Below are positions 13,601 through 25,693 of a stretch of DNA of 64,000 nucleotides, in pieces. Both the position numbers and the translations under genes were made by a program. The DNA lies in the NCBI GenBank assembly GCA_950097015.1, contig CATNEN010000003.1, positions 4,464,001 to 4,528,000 on the forward strand, given 5' to 3'. This DNA is from Macrostomum hystrix (taxonomy: Eukaryota; Animalia; Platyhelminthes). The notes beneath the pieces were generated by a model, which saw nothing but the letters and a program-made list of their open reading frames with translations, searched no databases and had not been told where the DNA came from. Positions within the stretch are counted from its first letter, which is position 1. The number at the start of each line of letters is the position of its first letter.

Positions 13601-14257
13601 GGGAAGGGATAACTGACTGTGATAGGGAAGGGATAACTGACTGTGATAGGGAAGGATAACTGACTGTGATAGGGAATGGATAACTGACTGTGATAGGGAA
13701 TGGATAACTGACTGTGATAGGGAAGGGATAACTGACTGTGATAGGGAAGGGATAACTGACTGTGATAGGGAGGGGATAACTGACTGTGATAGGGAAGGAT
13801 AACTGACTGTGATAGGGAAGGGATAACTGACTGTGATAGGGAAGGGATAACTGACTGTGATAGGGAAGGGATAACTGACTGTGATAGGGAGGGGATAACT
13901 GACTGTGATAGGGAAGGGATAACTGACTGTGATAGGGAAGGGATAACTGACTGTGATAGGGAAGGGATAACTGACTGTGATAGGGAAGGGATAACTGACT
14001 GTGATAGGGAAGGGATAACTGACTGTGATAGGGAAGGATAACTGACTGTGATAGGGAAGGATAACTGACTGTGATAGGGAAGGGATAACTGACTGTGATA
14101 GGGAAGGGATAACTGACTGTGATAGGGAAGGGATAACTGACTGTGATAGGGAAGGATAACTGACTGTGATAGGGAAGGGATAACTGACTGTGATAGGGAA
14201 GGGATAACTGACTGTGATAGGGAAGGGATAACTGACTGTGATAGGGAAGGGATAACT
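10680..14257. repeat. 24-bp minisatellite (gataactgactgtgatagggaagg), about 150 copies, filling the KTI12-ASB spacer
   Basis: Tandem 24/23-bp units, degenerate at the left end. Confidence 0.98.
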
Positions 14258-14446
14258 ATACTCAGACAGAACGGATGGGAATAAAAACTGACAGTTGATA
14301 CAGTAGTGAAGAAGCTAACAATGATCAACGTGAAATAGATAATGCGTATTTTGTATATTCTGTCTAATGAAAACATCTTAAATCGAAGGTCCATTCGCAG
14401 GTCACTCGCACGGCCTGTTACAAGAATTGTAAAATAATAACTATTT

Positions 14447-15304
14447 TTACAGCGCACTATTGAGATATTCAACAAACAATTCAGTCATTGCGGCAGCATC
14501 AGTTGCCGAGGCCGCGGTTGCTGGTCTCGAACGGAGGCCTGTTAAAAATTGTTTCCTACACCGCTGCAATTCTCCCATGGTTACCTGCCGATTGAATATT
14601 AACGGACGTTTGCAACCGCTAATGATTAGTTTATCACCGGGCAGTGCTCCAGTTTGAGCGGTGATATATTCTTGCATCACCTGCCTAGTTGCCGAGTCCA
14701 GATTCGGTAGGAAGTCTTGACTAGCAGAGGGTCTAGATTGAGTAGACTGATTGGGTCGATCCGGTGCTCGATCGAACAGCGATGAGCACACCCGATCGCA
14801 CATTAATAATTCGGCATTGGGAGCCAGTATTAGCGGAGAATCCCATCGATTAGCTGAATTTGGCGCCTCAAATTGTGAGCACAATTGATTCAGTAATTCG
14901 TACGGATATTGATCAGATGGTGGCCTACATGAGTTCCAATTTCTGGCTGTCTCTGGCGATACATCGCAATGAATAACACAGAGAGTGTGACGCAGGTGCT
15001 TCACAGAGCAATACAGCTCATAGCGGTAGCCTTTGATGTAATTCAACGAGTCCAAGATGACTACATCGCTTGGAGAAGCAGCTAGTCGACGTTCGGCCTC
15101 TGATTTTAAACATGCTCTGGCCTCCTTTTCCACCGATGAATTGGCGTAGATTGAGCCCTTGTCACCGTTGGCAAGGCCGACACAGATTGAGTCGTCTATA
15201 ATGCTGACACGACGATCGGGATGCTCAGCGGCTAGATAGGCTACTAGCTGCTTGGCTCGGGTTGACTTGCCCGAAGCTGGCAGACCGCAGATTAGTACAA
15301 GAGG
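14447..15304 (-). CDS. KTI12: KTI12 (Elongator-associated P-loop protein); single exon lacking a genomic ATG
   Basis: PLVLICGLPASGKST P-loop, VILDSLNYIKGYRYELYC, FEAPNSANRWDSPL, PNQST, ELQRCRKQF, LFVEYLN. The exon starts at acceptor ...tcacaatccAG|CCTCTT. Confidence 0.93.
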   Translation of the reverse strand, partial: PLVLICGLPASGKSTRAKQLVAYLAAEHPDRRVSIIDDSICVGLANGDKGSIYANSSVEKEARACLKSEAERRLAASPSDVVILDSLNYIKGYRYELYCSVKHLRHTLCVIHCDVSPETARNWNSCRPPSDQYPYELLNQLCSQFEAPNSANRWDSPLILAPNAELLMCDRVCSSLFDRAPDRPNQSTQSRPSASQDFLPNLDSATRQVMQEYITAQTGALPGDKLIISGCKRPLIFNRQVTMGELQRCRKQFLTGLRSRPATAASATDAAAMTELFVEYLNSAL

Positions 15305-15329
15305 CTGGATTGTGATAAAGATAAAAAAT

Positions 15330-15560
15330 TTACATATTATTAATTTCAATTTACAGCACCTGACACATTGGACCAGACGTGCAGCAGCGCATCTGAAGGC
15401 TGCGTACGGCTGTTCAGTCCATGGACTGGGGAGACGCCACACCCCCACCCTCAATGACCCCAGCTGATGCTGGTACCCATTTAACAGCTGGGTGAACTGA
15501 AGCAATGCAGAGTTAAGTACCTTGTTAAAGTGGAGTCGGGAATCGAACCCCGACCTTCAA
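15330..15560 (-). mobile_element. tRNA-derived SINE with a CORE-like domain (family A), 5'-degraded
   Basis: Reverse complement carries B-box ggttcgattcc and ttgcttcagttcacccagctgttaaatgggtaccagcatcag, shared with 25915-26060 and 58650-58830. Confidence 0.7.
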
Positions 15561-16584
15561 GGAAACAAGGCTACTCATGGCACACTATGTTTTGGTACAA
15601 TGTGGAATGTACAAGTTTAATGGACTAGGGGCATGGCATCTATGACATACTTAAAATGCCAAAATGCTCCCAAATGCTCAAAAGAAAGCTGTTTTATAAG
15701 AAAAATTTACAATAGAAAATTTTTTAAAATATAAAATAAGAAAAACTAGGGTAACATTCTCAGCGCATTCTTGGAAAACATTTGTGAATGCAGTGTAATA
15801 TATTTATTTTCATATACAAGTGTAATTTGAAATGCATATAATTTGAAGTAAATAAAATGGTTAAAATTTATACAATGAACTAGTTTATACCGCATTATTA
15901 TATTGATAATAGCCTAGATAGCAGTTAAAATAGTTTATTAAGCATATCAATATGCACTACTTTATTATATAACTTTACGAAAATGTAAATTAGTTACACA
16001 AATGGCCTGAAAATGCATATACGAGTAATATAATAATTTTGACAATAATAACCATATAGTCAATTGGCACAGGGCATTGTATATACAGCTAAAAATAGAA
16101 ATCGATTTTAGGGCTAACGGAGAATTTAACAGTAGAACTACCAATGGGGGGGGTAAATCCCCCCTGACAATTTTTCGTGCAACACACGAACGGAGCAACG
16201 CAAGCACACGAAACTTCTGAAATAATAATCAAGTCGCCAGCTAAGCCCAGCTTTTCAGACCGTCGAGATATTCAATCGGCCGAAGGTCAGATATTTCCCC
16301 TAAGCGCTAGTGTATTTCATGCACCCCTAAACACGAATTAGCACTGCGCCCCAGTGCGGCCTTGCCAGGCCTTCAAAATTGATCAGCGTGTCACCCGAAT
16401 GTGCCTGCATCATCTCCGTCTTCGGTGGTCACCTACCTTCATCTTGACGGATTTGCTGGGCTTTTAAGGGCTACAACAGGTGGAAAAATTGCCACTATGG
16501 ACACCCTGACGCGAATTTCTCTAATTTCACTGCTTAAGCGAAAATACGAGACGCAGCTCCACCCCAGTACAACATCGTCTAGTC

Positions 16585-17043
16585 CAGCGGTAGGCAAACT
16601 TATTTGCTGGCGGGCCAAAGAGAGAACCTAAAAGACGACAGCGGGCCGCATTAACTGTATAAATATGAGATAGGGGAGAGATGAGACACGGGAGAGATGA
16701 GACACAGGAAAGATGGGACACGAGAGAGATGAGACACGGGAGAGATCATGATCTGCAGACACGGGAGAAATTAGACAAGGGAGAAATTAGACACGGGAGA
16801 AATTAGACACGGGAGAGATCAGACACAGGAAAGATGGGACACGAGAGAGATGAGACACGGGAGAAATTAGACACGGGAGAGGTCAGACACGGGAGAAATT
16901 AGATACGAGAGCGATGAGACACGGGAGAGATTAGACACGAGAGAGATGAAACAGGACACTGTAGATGTCAGAAGGGGCAACGGGCCGGATTGGGAGCTTC
17001 GAGGGCCGCATCTGGCCCGCGGGCCGGAGTTTGCCGACCCCTG
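16585..17043. mobile_element. Non-autonomous hAT (Charlie-like) MITE with an internal about 17-bp minisatellite
   Basis: TIRs CAGCGGTAGGCAAACT / CAGGGGTCGGCAAACT (14 of 16 match); perfect 8-bp TSD GTCTAGTC at 16577-16584 and 17044-17051. Confidence 0.9.
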
Positions 17044-17425
17044 GTCTAGTCTGTCAACCAACCAATCAGTCACCACCCAACGCTGTTAGCATTCAGGCGC
17101 TGCCAAATATTTATTCAGAAATTCCCCGCCTTGGTATAAAAATGCGCGGCAAAATGGCTTGGTAGTCCTACAGTGAAATCAAATTTTTAACTCAATTAGT
17201 AAGTGATGTAGATAATGTAAAAATATACATACAATTGCCTGATTTTCCTTAGTAAAGTTTAGTTCAAATAAACTTCAACTATTGCCGATGAATGTAAAAT
17301 GTTTCTGAATCAACGGCTCAGTCGATTAATTAGTAAGTCTAAGAGTCCATAAACAAAATTTATTACGAAATAAAATGATTAAGACTGCCAGATTTAGAAG
17401 ACCAGAAAACTGTTTTTTATGAAAT

Positions 17426-20400
17426 TCATTCAAAGAAAAAGCGAGACTTTTTCCTTGGCGGCGATGAGATAGGATTGGTGACAGCTTTAGAAGGCTGCTG
17501 CTGCTGTTGCGGTTGATGATTGACAGTTAAATTTGATTTTGGTTTCCGACCACAACCAATCGATAGTCTTTTGCTCATAGACGAATCGGTATTAATTTTC
17601 TTAACCTGACTGTCAATGACTGAAGCCACTGAAGTCTCCTTGCTAAATGAGATCTCAGTTGGAGCTGTGTCAACTTCGCGAATTTTCGATTTTCTATCTC
17701 GCCGTTTCTTCTCACCGTCCGGCACAGAGGAATTCGAAATAGCCAATGGCGTCGCTGCAGCTGATGGCGACTTTGCGGCGATTGGGTCTGAAGTTAGAGT
17801 GCCATTAGGTAAACTAAATTTTTAATAAAAAAAACTCTGCAAAATCTCACCCCCAGAGATAACGACACTGTACAAAATCTCACCCCAAGAGATAGCGACA
17901 CTGTTCAAAATCTCACCCCAAGAGATAACGACACTGTTCAAAATCTCACCCCAAGAGATAACGACACTGTTCAAAATCTCACCCCAAGAGATAGCGACAC
18001 TGTTCAAAATCTCACCCCAAGAGATAGCGACACTTTTAAAAATCTCACCCCAAGAGATAACGACACTGTTCAAAATCTCACCCCAAGAGATAGCGACACT
18101 GTTCAAAATCTCACCCCCAGAGATAACGACACTGTTCAAAATCTCACCCCAAGAGATAACGACACTGTTCAAAATCTCACCCCAAGAGATAGCGACTGTT
18201 CAAAATCTCACCCCAAGAGATAGCGACTGTTCGAAATCTCACCCCAAGAGATAACGACACTGTTCAAAATCTCACCCCAAGAGATAGCGACTGTTCAAAA
18301 TCTCACCCCAAGAGATAACGACACTATTCAAAATCTCACCCCAAGAGATAACGACACTGTTCAAAATCTCACCCCAAGAGATAGCGACTGTTCAAAATCT
18401 CACCCCAAAAGATAGGACTGTTCAAAATCTCACCCCAAGAGATAGCGACTGTTCAAAATCTCACCCCAAGAGATAACGACACTGTTCAAAATCTCACCCC
18501 AAGAGATAGCGACTGTTCGAAATCTCACCCCAAGAGATAGCGACTGTACAAAATCTCACCCCAAGAGATAGCGACACTGTTCAAAATCTCACCCCAAGAG
18601 ATAACGACACTGTTCAAAATCTCACCCCAAGAGATAACGACACTGTTCAAAATCTCACCCCAAGAGATAGCGACACTGTTCAAAATCTCACCCCAAGAGA
18701 TAGCGACACTTTTAAAAATCTCACCCCAAGAGATAACGACACCGTTCAAAATCTCACCCCAAGAGATAGCGACACTGTTCAAAATCTCACCCCCAGAGAT
18801 AACGACACTGTTCAAAATCTCACCCCAAGAGATAACGACACTGTTCAAAATCTCACCCCAAGAGATAGCGACTGTTCAAAATCTCACCCCAAGAGATAGC
18901 GACTGTTCGAAATCTCACCCCAAGAGATAACGACACTGTTCAAAATCTCACCCCAAGAGATAACGACACTATTCAAAATCTCACCCCAAGAGATAACGAC
19001 ACTGTTCAAAATCTCACCCCAAGAGATAGCGACTGTTCAAAATCTCACCCCAAAAGATAGGACTGTTCAAAATCTCACCCCAAGAGATAGCGACTGTTCA
19101 AAATCTCACCCCAAGAGGTAGCGACTGTTCGAAATCTCACCCCAAGAGATAGCGACACTGTTCAAAATCTCACCCCAAGAGATAGCGACTGTTCAAAATC
19201 TGACCCAAGAGATAGCGACACTGAACAAAAAAACTCGAAAATATCACCTTTGTTCTCATTGTTAACGACAGTGTCGCAACTTTTCAAATCGACGTCAACC
19301 TGCCCAGACATGACGGCTTCGTAATCCAACTCAACTGGACCTGCAGCACTAGCTGCGGTATCTGTTGCTGCAGATTTCTTCTTTCTCTCCTTTTTCGCTG
19401 TTACAGAGGCCAGTCGGTTTTCAGTGCCTTTCTCGCAGTCTTTGTTATCACTCTGGACACGATCAGGGGGGCTGTTAAGCGGCTCCTCTTCCGGCTTGTA
19501 ATCGGTGCGAAAATTGTACACCGCAGACTCGGCGGCGCCCTCTTCCCAAGGCGCCGGCGCCTGATCCGGGATGCGTTTGAAAGCGAATTTGTACACACCG
19601 AAGCCTGCCATACCGGTGGCGTACCACCACTTCTCCACGCGATAGAGTCCGTCGTATCTGGGTGAATCGGGCGGATTAACGATGGGAGAGGAGATATGAT
19701 GATTTTATAGAAAAATTATCAACTAAAAAGTGAACGTGCGATTTTTTTATTGGATAAAATAGAGAATGTGAGATTCTATGGGATAATTTTTAAGTCGATG
19801 GGATTCTGTGGGATAATTTTTAAGTAGAAGAGATTCTATTAGATAATTTTAAAGTAGATGGGATTCTGTAGGATAATTTTAAAGTAATTAGGATTCTGTG
19901 GGATAATTTTTAAGTAGTAGAGATTCTATAGGATAATTATAAAGTAGATGTGATTCTTTGGGATAATTTTAAAGTAATTGGGATTCTGTGGGATAATTTT
20001 TAAGTCGATGGGATTTTGTGGGATAATTTTTAAGTAGAAGAGATTCTATTGGATAATTTTAAAGTAGATGGGATTCTGTGGGATAATTTTAAAGTAATTA
20101 GGATTCTGTGGGATAATTTTTAAGTAGAAGAGATTCTATGGGATAATTTTTAAGTAGAAGAGATTCTATGGGATAATTTTTAAGTAGATAGGATTCTGTG
20201 GGATAATTGTAAAGCAGATGAGATACTATGGGATAATTGTAAAGGAGATGGGATTCTATGGGATAATTGTAAAGTAGATGGGATTCTATGGGATGATTGT
20301 AAAGTAGATGAGATTCTATGGGATAATTTTAAAGTAGATGGGATTCTGTGGGATAATTTTAAAGTAGATGGGATTCTGTGGGATAATTTTAAAGTAGATG

Positions 20401-23400
20401 GGATTCTGTGGGATAATTTTTAAATAGATGAGATTCTATGGGATAATTTTAAAGTAGATGAGATACTATAGGATAATTTCGAGATGAGATTCAATAGGAT
20501 AATTTCAAGAAGATGAGATTCTATAGGAATTCTAGGGAGAAATTATTCAAGATAGGATTATATGGGATTAGTTTTAAGATTGGATCCAAGGAGAAAATTG
20601 ATTCTATGGGATTCTACGAGCATATGGGAAAAGTTAAAACATGGGACTCTAGGAAATATAAAATGGGATTCTATATTGTATTTTTAAGTAGACAAGTTTC
20701 TATGCGAGGATAAAATATTTGGGATAACTTTATAAGACAATAATCAAATGGGAAATCTAATTAGCTCACCTATAATAGCCCTCAGGTGGTGCGAATTCGC
20801 TCTTCAGCTTGTAGCCCCGAATGACTCGCACCGGTTGGCCATTCTCAGCCGATTTAACTAGAGCCGCATTATTCCTAGTCAAAGCCTGATCCTTAGTCTG
20901 CGGAGCTGTTCTCAGATTCTTCGGATTCGATTTGGTGCCTTTCAAATCGCGCCCGCCCTCGCCAGTGTAGGAGAAATGGCTGCCGAGATCGATGTCGTCC
21001 TCATAGCCGCCAGACAATGCGATGGAATAGGCGCCCTCTGTGCCGCCGTGAATTCCGGCCACTGTCGGCCTATGCAAACCGGCTAGGCAGGCGTCGATTC
21101 GAGTCTCAAACAGGGTGCCGACTGCCACGTTGGGCATTGCGCCATAGACATTTGGGCGATTTTTGGCAACCTTGGGACGATCGAATACGCTGCTACCGGA
21201 TAAGGCTGCGCCAGAACGACTGCGGCGGCCGATGCGACCTGGGGAATAATGGGCACACGATTGCTAGGATCCTATTATATAATCCCAACCTTTTCTCTGC
21301 TCGATGTCGATTTTATACTCAAATTTCTGATCTCACTTTGCATTATTAAATCTTAGATCCCATTATTGATTTGTACGCTTATAACAAATAACGTTTGTTT
21401 ATTTCTTTATTTTCTTTATCCTGCTTGATTTATCAGTACCTGGATATTTAGGGATTCCATAACCAAATTGGGATGTTTTATCCCATATCCCAAAAACTGC
21501 ATTAGAAAACATTTTTTCTCGTACGTAAGTTGTACCGTAGAAAACTTCTATTCCCCATCCTATAAGTTGCGTACGATATTTGCGTACGATATTTGTATCC
21601 TACATTCAATAACTCTATTCGAAAAATCCCATTCTAAAGAGTCCTATTCTAGAGAATCCCATTGTAGAGAATCCCATTCTAGAGAATCCTATTCTAGAGA
21701 ATCCCATTCTAGAGAATCCTATTCTAGAGAATCCAATTCTAGAGAACCCCATTCTAGAGAATCCCATTCTAGAGAGTCCTATTCTAGAGAATCCCATTCT
21801 AGAGAATCCTATTCTAGAGAATCCCATTCTAGAGAACCCCATTCTAGAGAATCCCATTCTAGAGAGTCCTATTCTAGAGAATCCTATTCTAGAGAATCCT
21901 ATTCTAGAGAATCCCATTCTAGAGAATCCCATTCTAGAGAATCCCATTCTAGAGAATCCTATTCTAGAGAATCCTATTCTAGAGAATCCCATTCTAGAGA
22001 ATCCCATTCTAGAGAATCCCATTCTAGAGAATCCCATTGTAGAGAATCCCATTCTAGAGAATCCTATTCTAGAGAATCCCATTCTAGAGAACCCCATTCT
22101 AGAGAATCCCATTCTAGAGAGTCCTATTCTAGAGAATCCTATTCTAGAGAATCCTATTCTAGAGAATCCCATTCTAGAGAATCCCATTCTAGAGAATCCC
22201 ATTCTAGAGAATCCAATTCTAGAGAATCCTATTCTAGAGAATCCCATTCTAGAGAATCCCATTCTAGAGAATCCCATTCTAGAGAATCCTATTCTAGAGA
22301 ATCCCATTCTAGAGAATCCTATTCTAGAGAATCCCATTCTAGAGAATCCTATTCTAGAGAATCCAATTCTAGAGAATCCTATTCTAGAGAATCCAATTCT
22401 AGAGAATCCTATTCTAGAGAATCCCATTCTAAAGAGTCCTATTCTAGAGAATCCCATTCTAGAGAATCCTATTCTAGAGAATCCAATTCTAGAGAATCCT
22501 ATTCTAGAGAATCCCATTCTAAAGAGTCCTATTCTAGAGAATCCCATTCTAGAGAATCCTATTCTAGAGAATCCCATTCTAAAGAGTCCTATTCTAGAGA
22601 ATCCCGTTCTAAAGAGTCCTATTCTAGAGAATCCCATTCTAAAGAGTCCTATTCTAGAGAATCCCATTCTAAAGAGTCCTATTCTAGAGAATCCAATTCT
22701 AGAGAATCCTATTCTAGAGAATCCCATTCTAAAGAGTCCTATTCTAGAGAATCCCATTCTAGAGAATCCCATTCTAAAGAGTCCTATTCTAGAGAATCCC
22801 ATTCTAAAGAGTCCTATTCTAGAGAATCCCATTCTAGAGAATCCTATTCTAGAGAATCCCATTCTAGAGAATCCCATTCTAGAGAATCCTATTCTAGAGA
22901 ATCCCATTCTAGAGAATCCCATTCTAGAGAATCCTATTCTAGAGAATCCTATTCTAGAGAATCCCATTCTAGAGAATCCCATTCTAGAGAATCCTATTCT
23001 AGAGAATCCTATTCTAGAGAATCCTATTTTAGAGAATCCCATTCTAGAGATTCTAAATCTAAAGCCCTTTCCCACTACAGTTCAAATGGGAATTAACTAT
23101 GCGACTATCACAAAGGTGATACTGCATTATTGCCTATAACTAATATTCCCTGAGTTTGTTGTTTTAAATTTAACTTAATAAGATATGAGAATTGGTAAAT
23201 TTCTGACGACTTAATCCGCGTCCAGCTCGCCGGAGGGAGCACAAAGTGCTAGTTTATTATTCCACATTTCATAACTCCATTGATATAAATTACCCTATAT
23301 TCCGGAGTAACTTTACCTGTAACAAAAAGCAAATATGCCTCGTCATCTAATCAGAAACTCCCTTTCTCACCTTCTCCTTCGCTGTCCGAATCTTCGCTCT

Positions 23401-23866
23401 GATAATCTTCGTCGGAATCTTCACCATCATCGTCTTCGCCGCCTCGCCGTCGACCTCGCCGGCCGCCAGACGGTGTCCAGTTCTCCTCGCCGCTGTCGTC
23501 CTTTCCGTAGCCGTCGCATTGTCCAGCGTAGCGCGGCGCCGGCCGGCCCTCCAAGCGTCGACTAGATCGACGCGACATTGCCTCCTCGTCGGCAGCGGCT
23601 AATCGACGCGCCAAAACGGCGTCCGCATCGTCGTCGCCATCGTCGATTTTGCCGTTCTTAGAATCAACGCCAGTTTTCTCAGACGTTTTATATATTTTCT
23701 TAGTCGATAATGGCGCTAAAGATCGCCGTTTCGACGACGCCAAAGGCGGGGCGGACAATTTCCTGGCCGACTGTGGCGGAGCCGCTATGGCGCCCAGTTC
23801 GCCGAGGATTCGCCGATTTTCGGCGAGATTTTTTAAACGCCGCTGTTCGTAACCGCTTAGCGACAT
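17426..23866 (-). CDS. Stand-alone SRA/YDG-domain protein; exons 23866-23371, 21238-20770, 19657-19248, 17787-17426 (about 578 aa)
   Basis: YGAMPNVAVGT..AGLHRPTVAGIHG..AYSIALSGGYEDDID..YTGEGGRD..PVRVIRG..GYYR|YDGLYRVEKWW is an SRA domain. No UBL, Tudor, PHD or RING domain is seen. The last-exon acceptor is less certain. Confidence 0.88.
17840..19222. repeat. 33/31-bp minisatellite (aaaatctcaccccaagagatagcgacactgttc) in SRA intron 3, with an about 676-bp higher-order repeat
   Basis: Tandem copies; the variant order recurs with a 676-bp offset. Confidence 0.95.
19765..20480. repeat. 30-bp minisatellite (ggattctgtgggataattttaaagtagatg) in SRA intron 2
   Basis: Tandem copies with substitutions. 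Confidence 0.93.
21620..23052. repeat. 15-bp quasi-palindromic minisatellite (attctagagaatccc/t) in SRA intron 1
   Basis: About 95 tandem copies. Confidence 0.97.
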
Positions 23867-24039
23867 TGCAGACTGCTCAGCTGCAAAGGTTGGGTTGGAT
23901 TCGATTTTGATTCTTAGAATAATACGCACGTTGGCCTGTATAATAGCCTGTCAAAAATATGTAAATTAACCTGTAAATTAAACTATATTAACTTGTAAAT
24001 TAGACTGGCATTACCTCTACAACTAATCACTTACTTGTA

Positions 24040-25140
24040 GTTGAGCCAGTCATTAGCATGTAGTTTAGTCTGTCATTAACCTGTAGTTTAGTCTGTCATT
24101 AACCTGTAGTTTAGTCTGTCATTAACCTGTAGTTTAGTCTGTCATTAACCTGTAGTTTAGTCTGTCATTAACCTGTAGTTTAGTCTGTCATTAACCTGTA
24201 GTTTAGTCTGTCATTAACCTGTAGTTTAGTCTGTCATTAATCTGTAGATTAGTCTGTCATTAACCTGTAGTTTAGTCTGTCATTAACCTGTAGTTTAGTC
24301 TGTCATTAACCTGTAGATTAGTCTGTCATTAACCTGTAGTTTAGTCTGTCATTAACCTGTAGATTAGCCTGTCATTAACCTGTAGTTTAGCCAGTCATTA
24401 GCATGTAGTTTAGTCTCTCATTAACCTGTAGATTAGCTTGCTATTAACCTGAAGATTAGCCTGTCATTAACATGTAGTTTAGTCTGTCATTAACCTGAAG
24501 TGTAGCCAGCTATTAGCATGTAGTTTAGCCAGTCATTAGCATGTAGTTTAGCCAGCCATTAGCATGTAGTTTAGCCTGTCATTAACCTGTAGTTTAGCCA
24601 GCCATTAGCATGTAGTTTAGACTGTCATTAACCTGTAGTTTAGCCAGCCATTAGCATGTAGTTTAGCCAGTCATTAGCATGTAGTTTAGTCTGTCATTAA
24701 CCTGTAGATTAGTCTGTCATTAACCTGTAGATTAGTCTGTCATTAACCTGTAGTTTAGTCTCTCATTAACCTGTAGATTAGCCTGCTATTAACCTGTAGT
24801 TTAGTCTGTCATTAACCTGAAGTGTAGCCAGCTATTAGCATGTAGTTTAGCCAGTCATTAGCATGTAGTTTAGCCTGTCATTAGCATGTAGTTTAGCCAG
24901 TCATTAGCATGTAGTTTAGCCTGTCATTAACCTGTAGTTTAGCCAGTCATTAGCATGTAGTTTAGCCAGTCATTAGCATGTAGTTTAGCCAGTCATTAGC
25001 ATGTAGTTTAGCCAGTCATTAGCATGTAGTTTAGCCAGTCATTAACCTGTAGTTTAGCCAGTCATTAGCATGTAGTTTAGCCTGTCATTAACCTGTAGTT
25101 TAGCCAGTCATTAAGCTGTAAAATAGCCTATCATTAACTT
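24040..25140. repeat. 23-bp minisatellite (tgtagtttagtctgtcattaacc / tgtagtttagccagtcattagca), intergenic
   Basis: Two interleaved unit variants. Confidence 0.95.
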
Positions 25141-25693
25141 GAAGATTCTGAAGATAATCTTGCTCTAAATAAGTGAAAAAAACTGTAAATAAACACAATA
25201 TCGACACGAAAACAGTAGAATTTACTTCATAATTTTGCCAAATAATTTAATGATGTTCACATAAAAAACTTTAGAACAAAAAACTTCGCAACATTGAAAA
25301 ATAGAACTTAAAACAAATCCTGGATATGAAGTACATACTCTGTTTTTAAACATGAAACATGACCTATTGGTACAAAGACTTTCTGCAAACTACAGGGACC
25401 CATAGTGCCTATAAAATATTTGAAAGCAACATCAAGTGCCTTTTAACTGAGACAAAATTGTTTCAAAATAAATTGTTGTTTTACAAAAATGTATTATGGA
25501 AAGTAAATATTACCAGTCAAATTTTCATATTTTCAAGCTCTGAATTATAATAGATACGAGTATAATGATTTATTAGATTTTTTCATTTCTGTATATTTCT
25601 TTATTTCTAACGAATTATAAAATTCAGAAATTACTAAAATTGAAAATGATATTAGTAATTCTAATTCTAATTGCTGGCATCCCATTACAAAGA

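Noticed and set aside
10651-14475. 1274-aa ORF
   Set aside because: Translation of the 24-bp minisatellite, stop-free by unit composition; the frame wanders with the 23-bp units.
15305-15505. N-terminal extension of the KTI12 ORF from a TTG
   Set aside because: Runs through an acceptor tract and SINE sequence; not KTI12-like.
21468-23096. 542-aa and 486-aa ORFs on opposite strands
   Set aside because: 15-bp intronic array; the flanking SRA exons splice around it in phase.
17426-23866. Calling the SRA gene UHRF1
   Set aside because: No ubiquitin-like, Tudor, PHD or RING domains in the exon chain.
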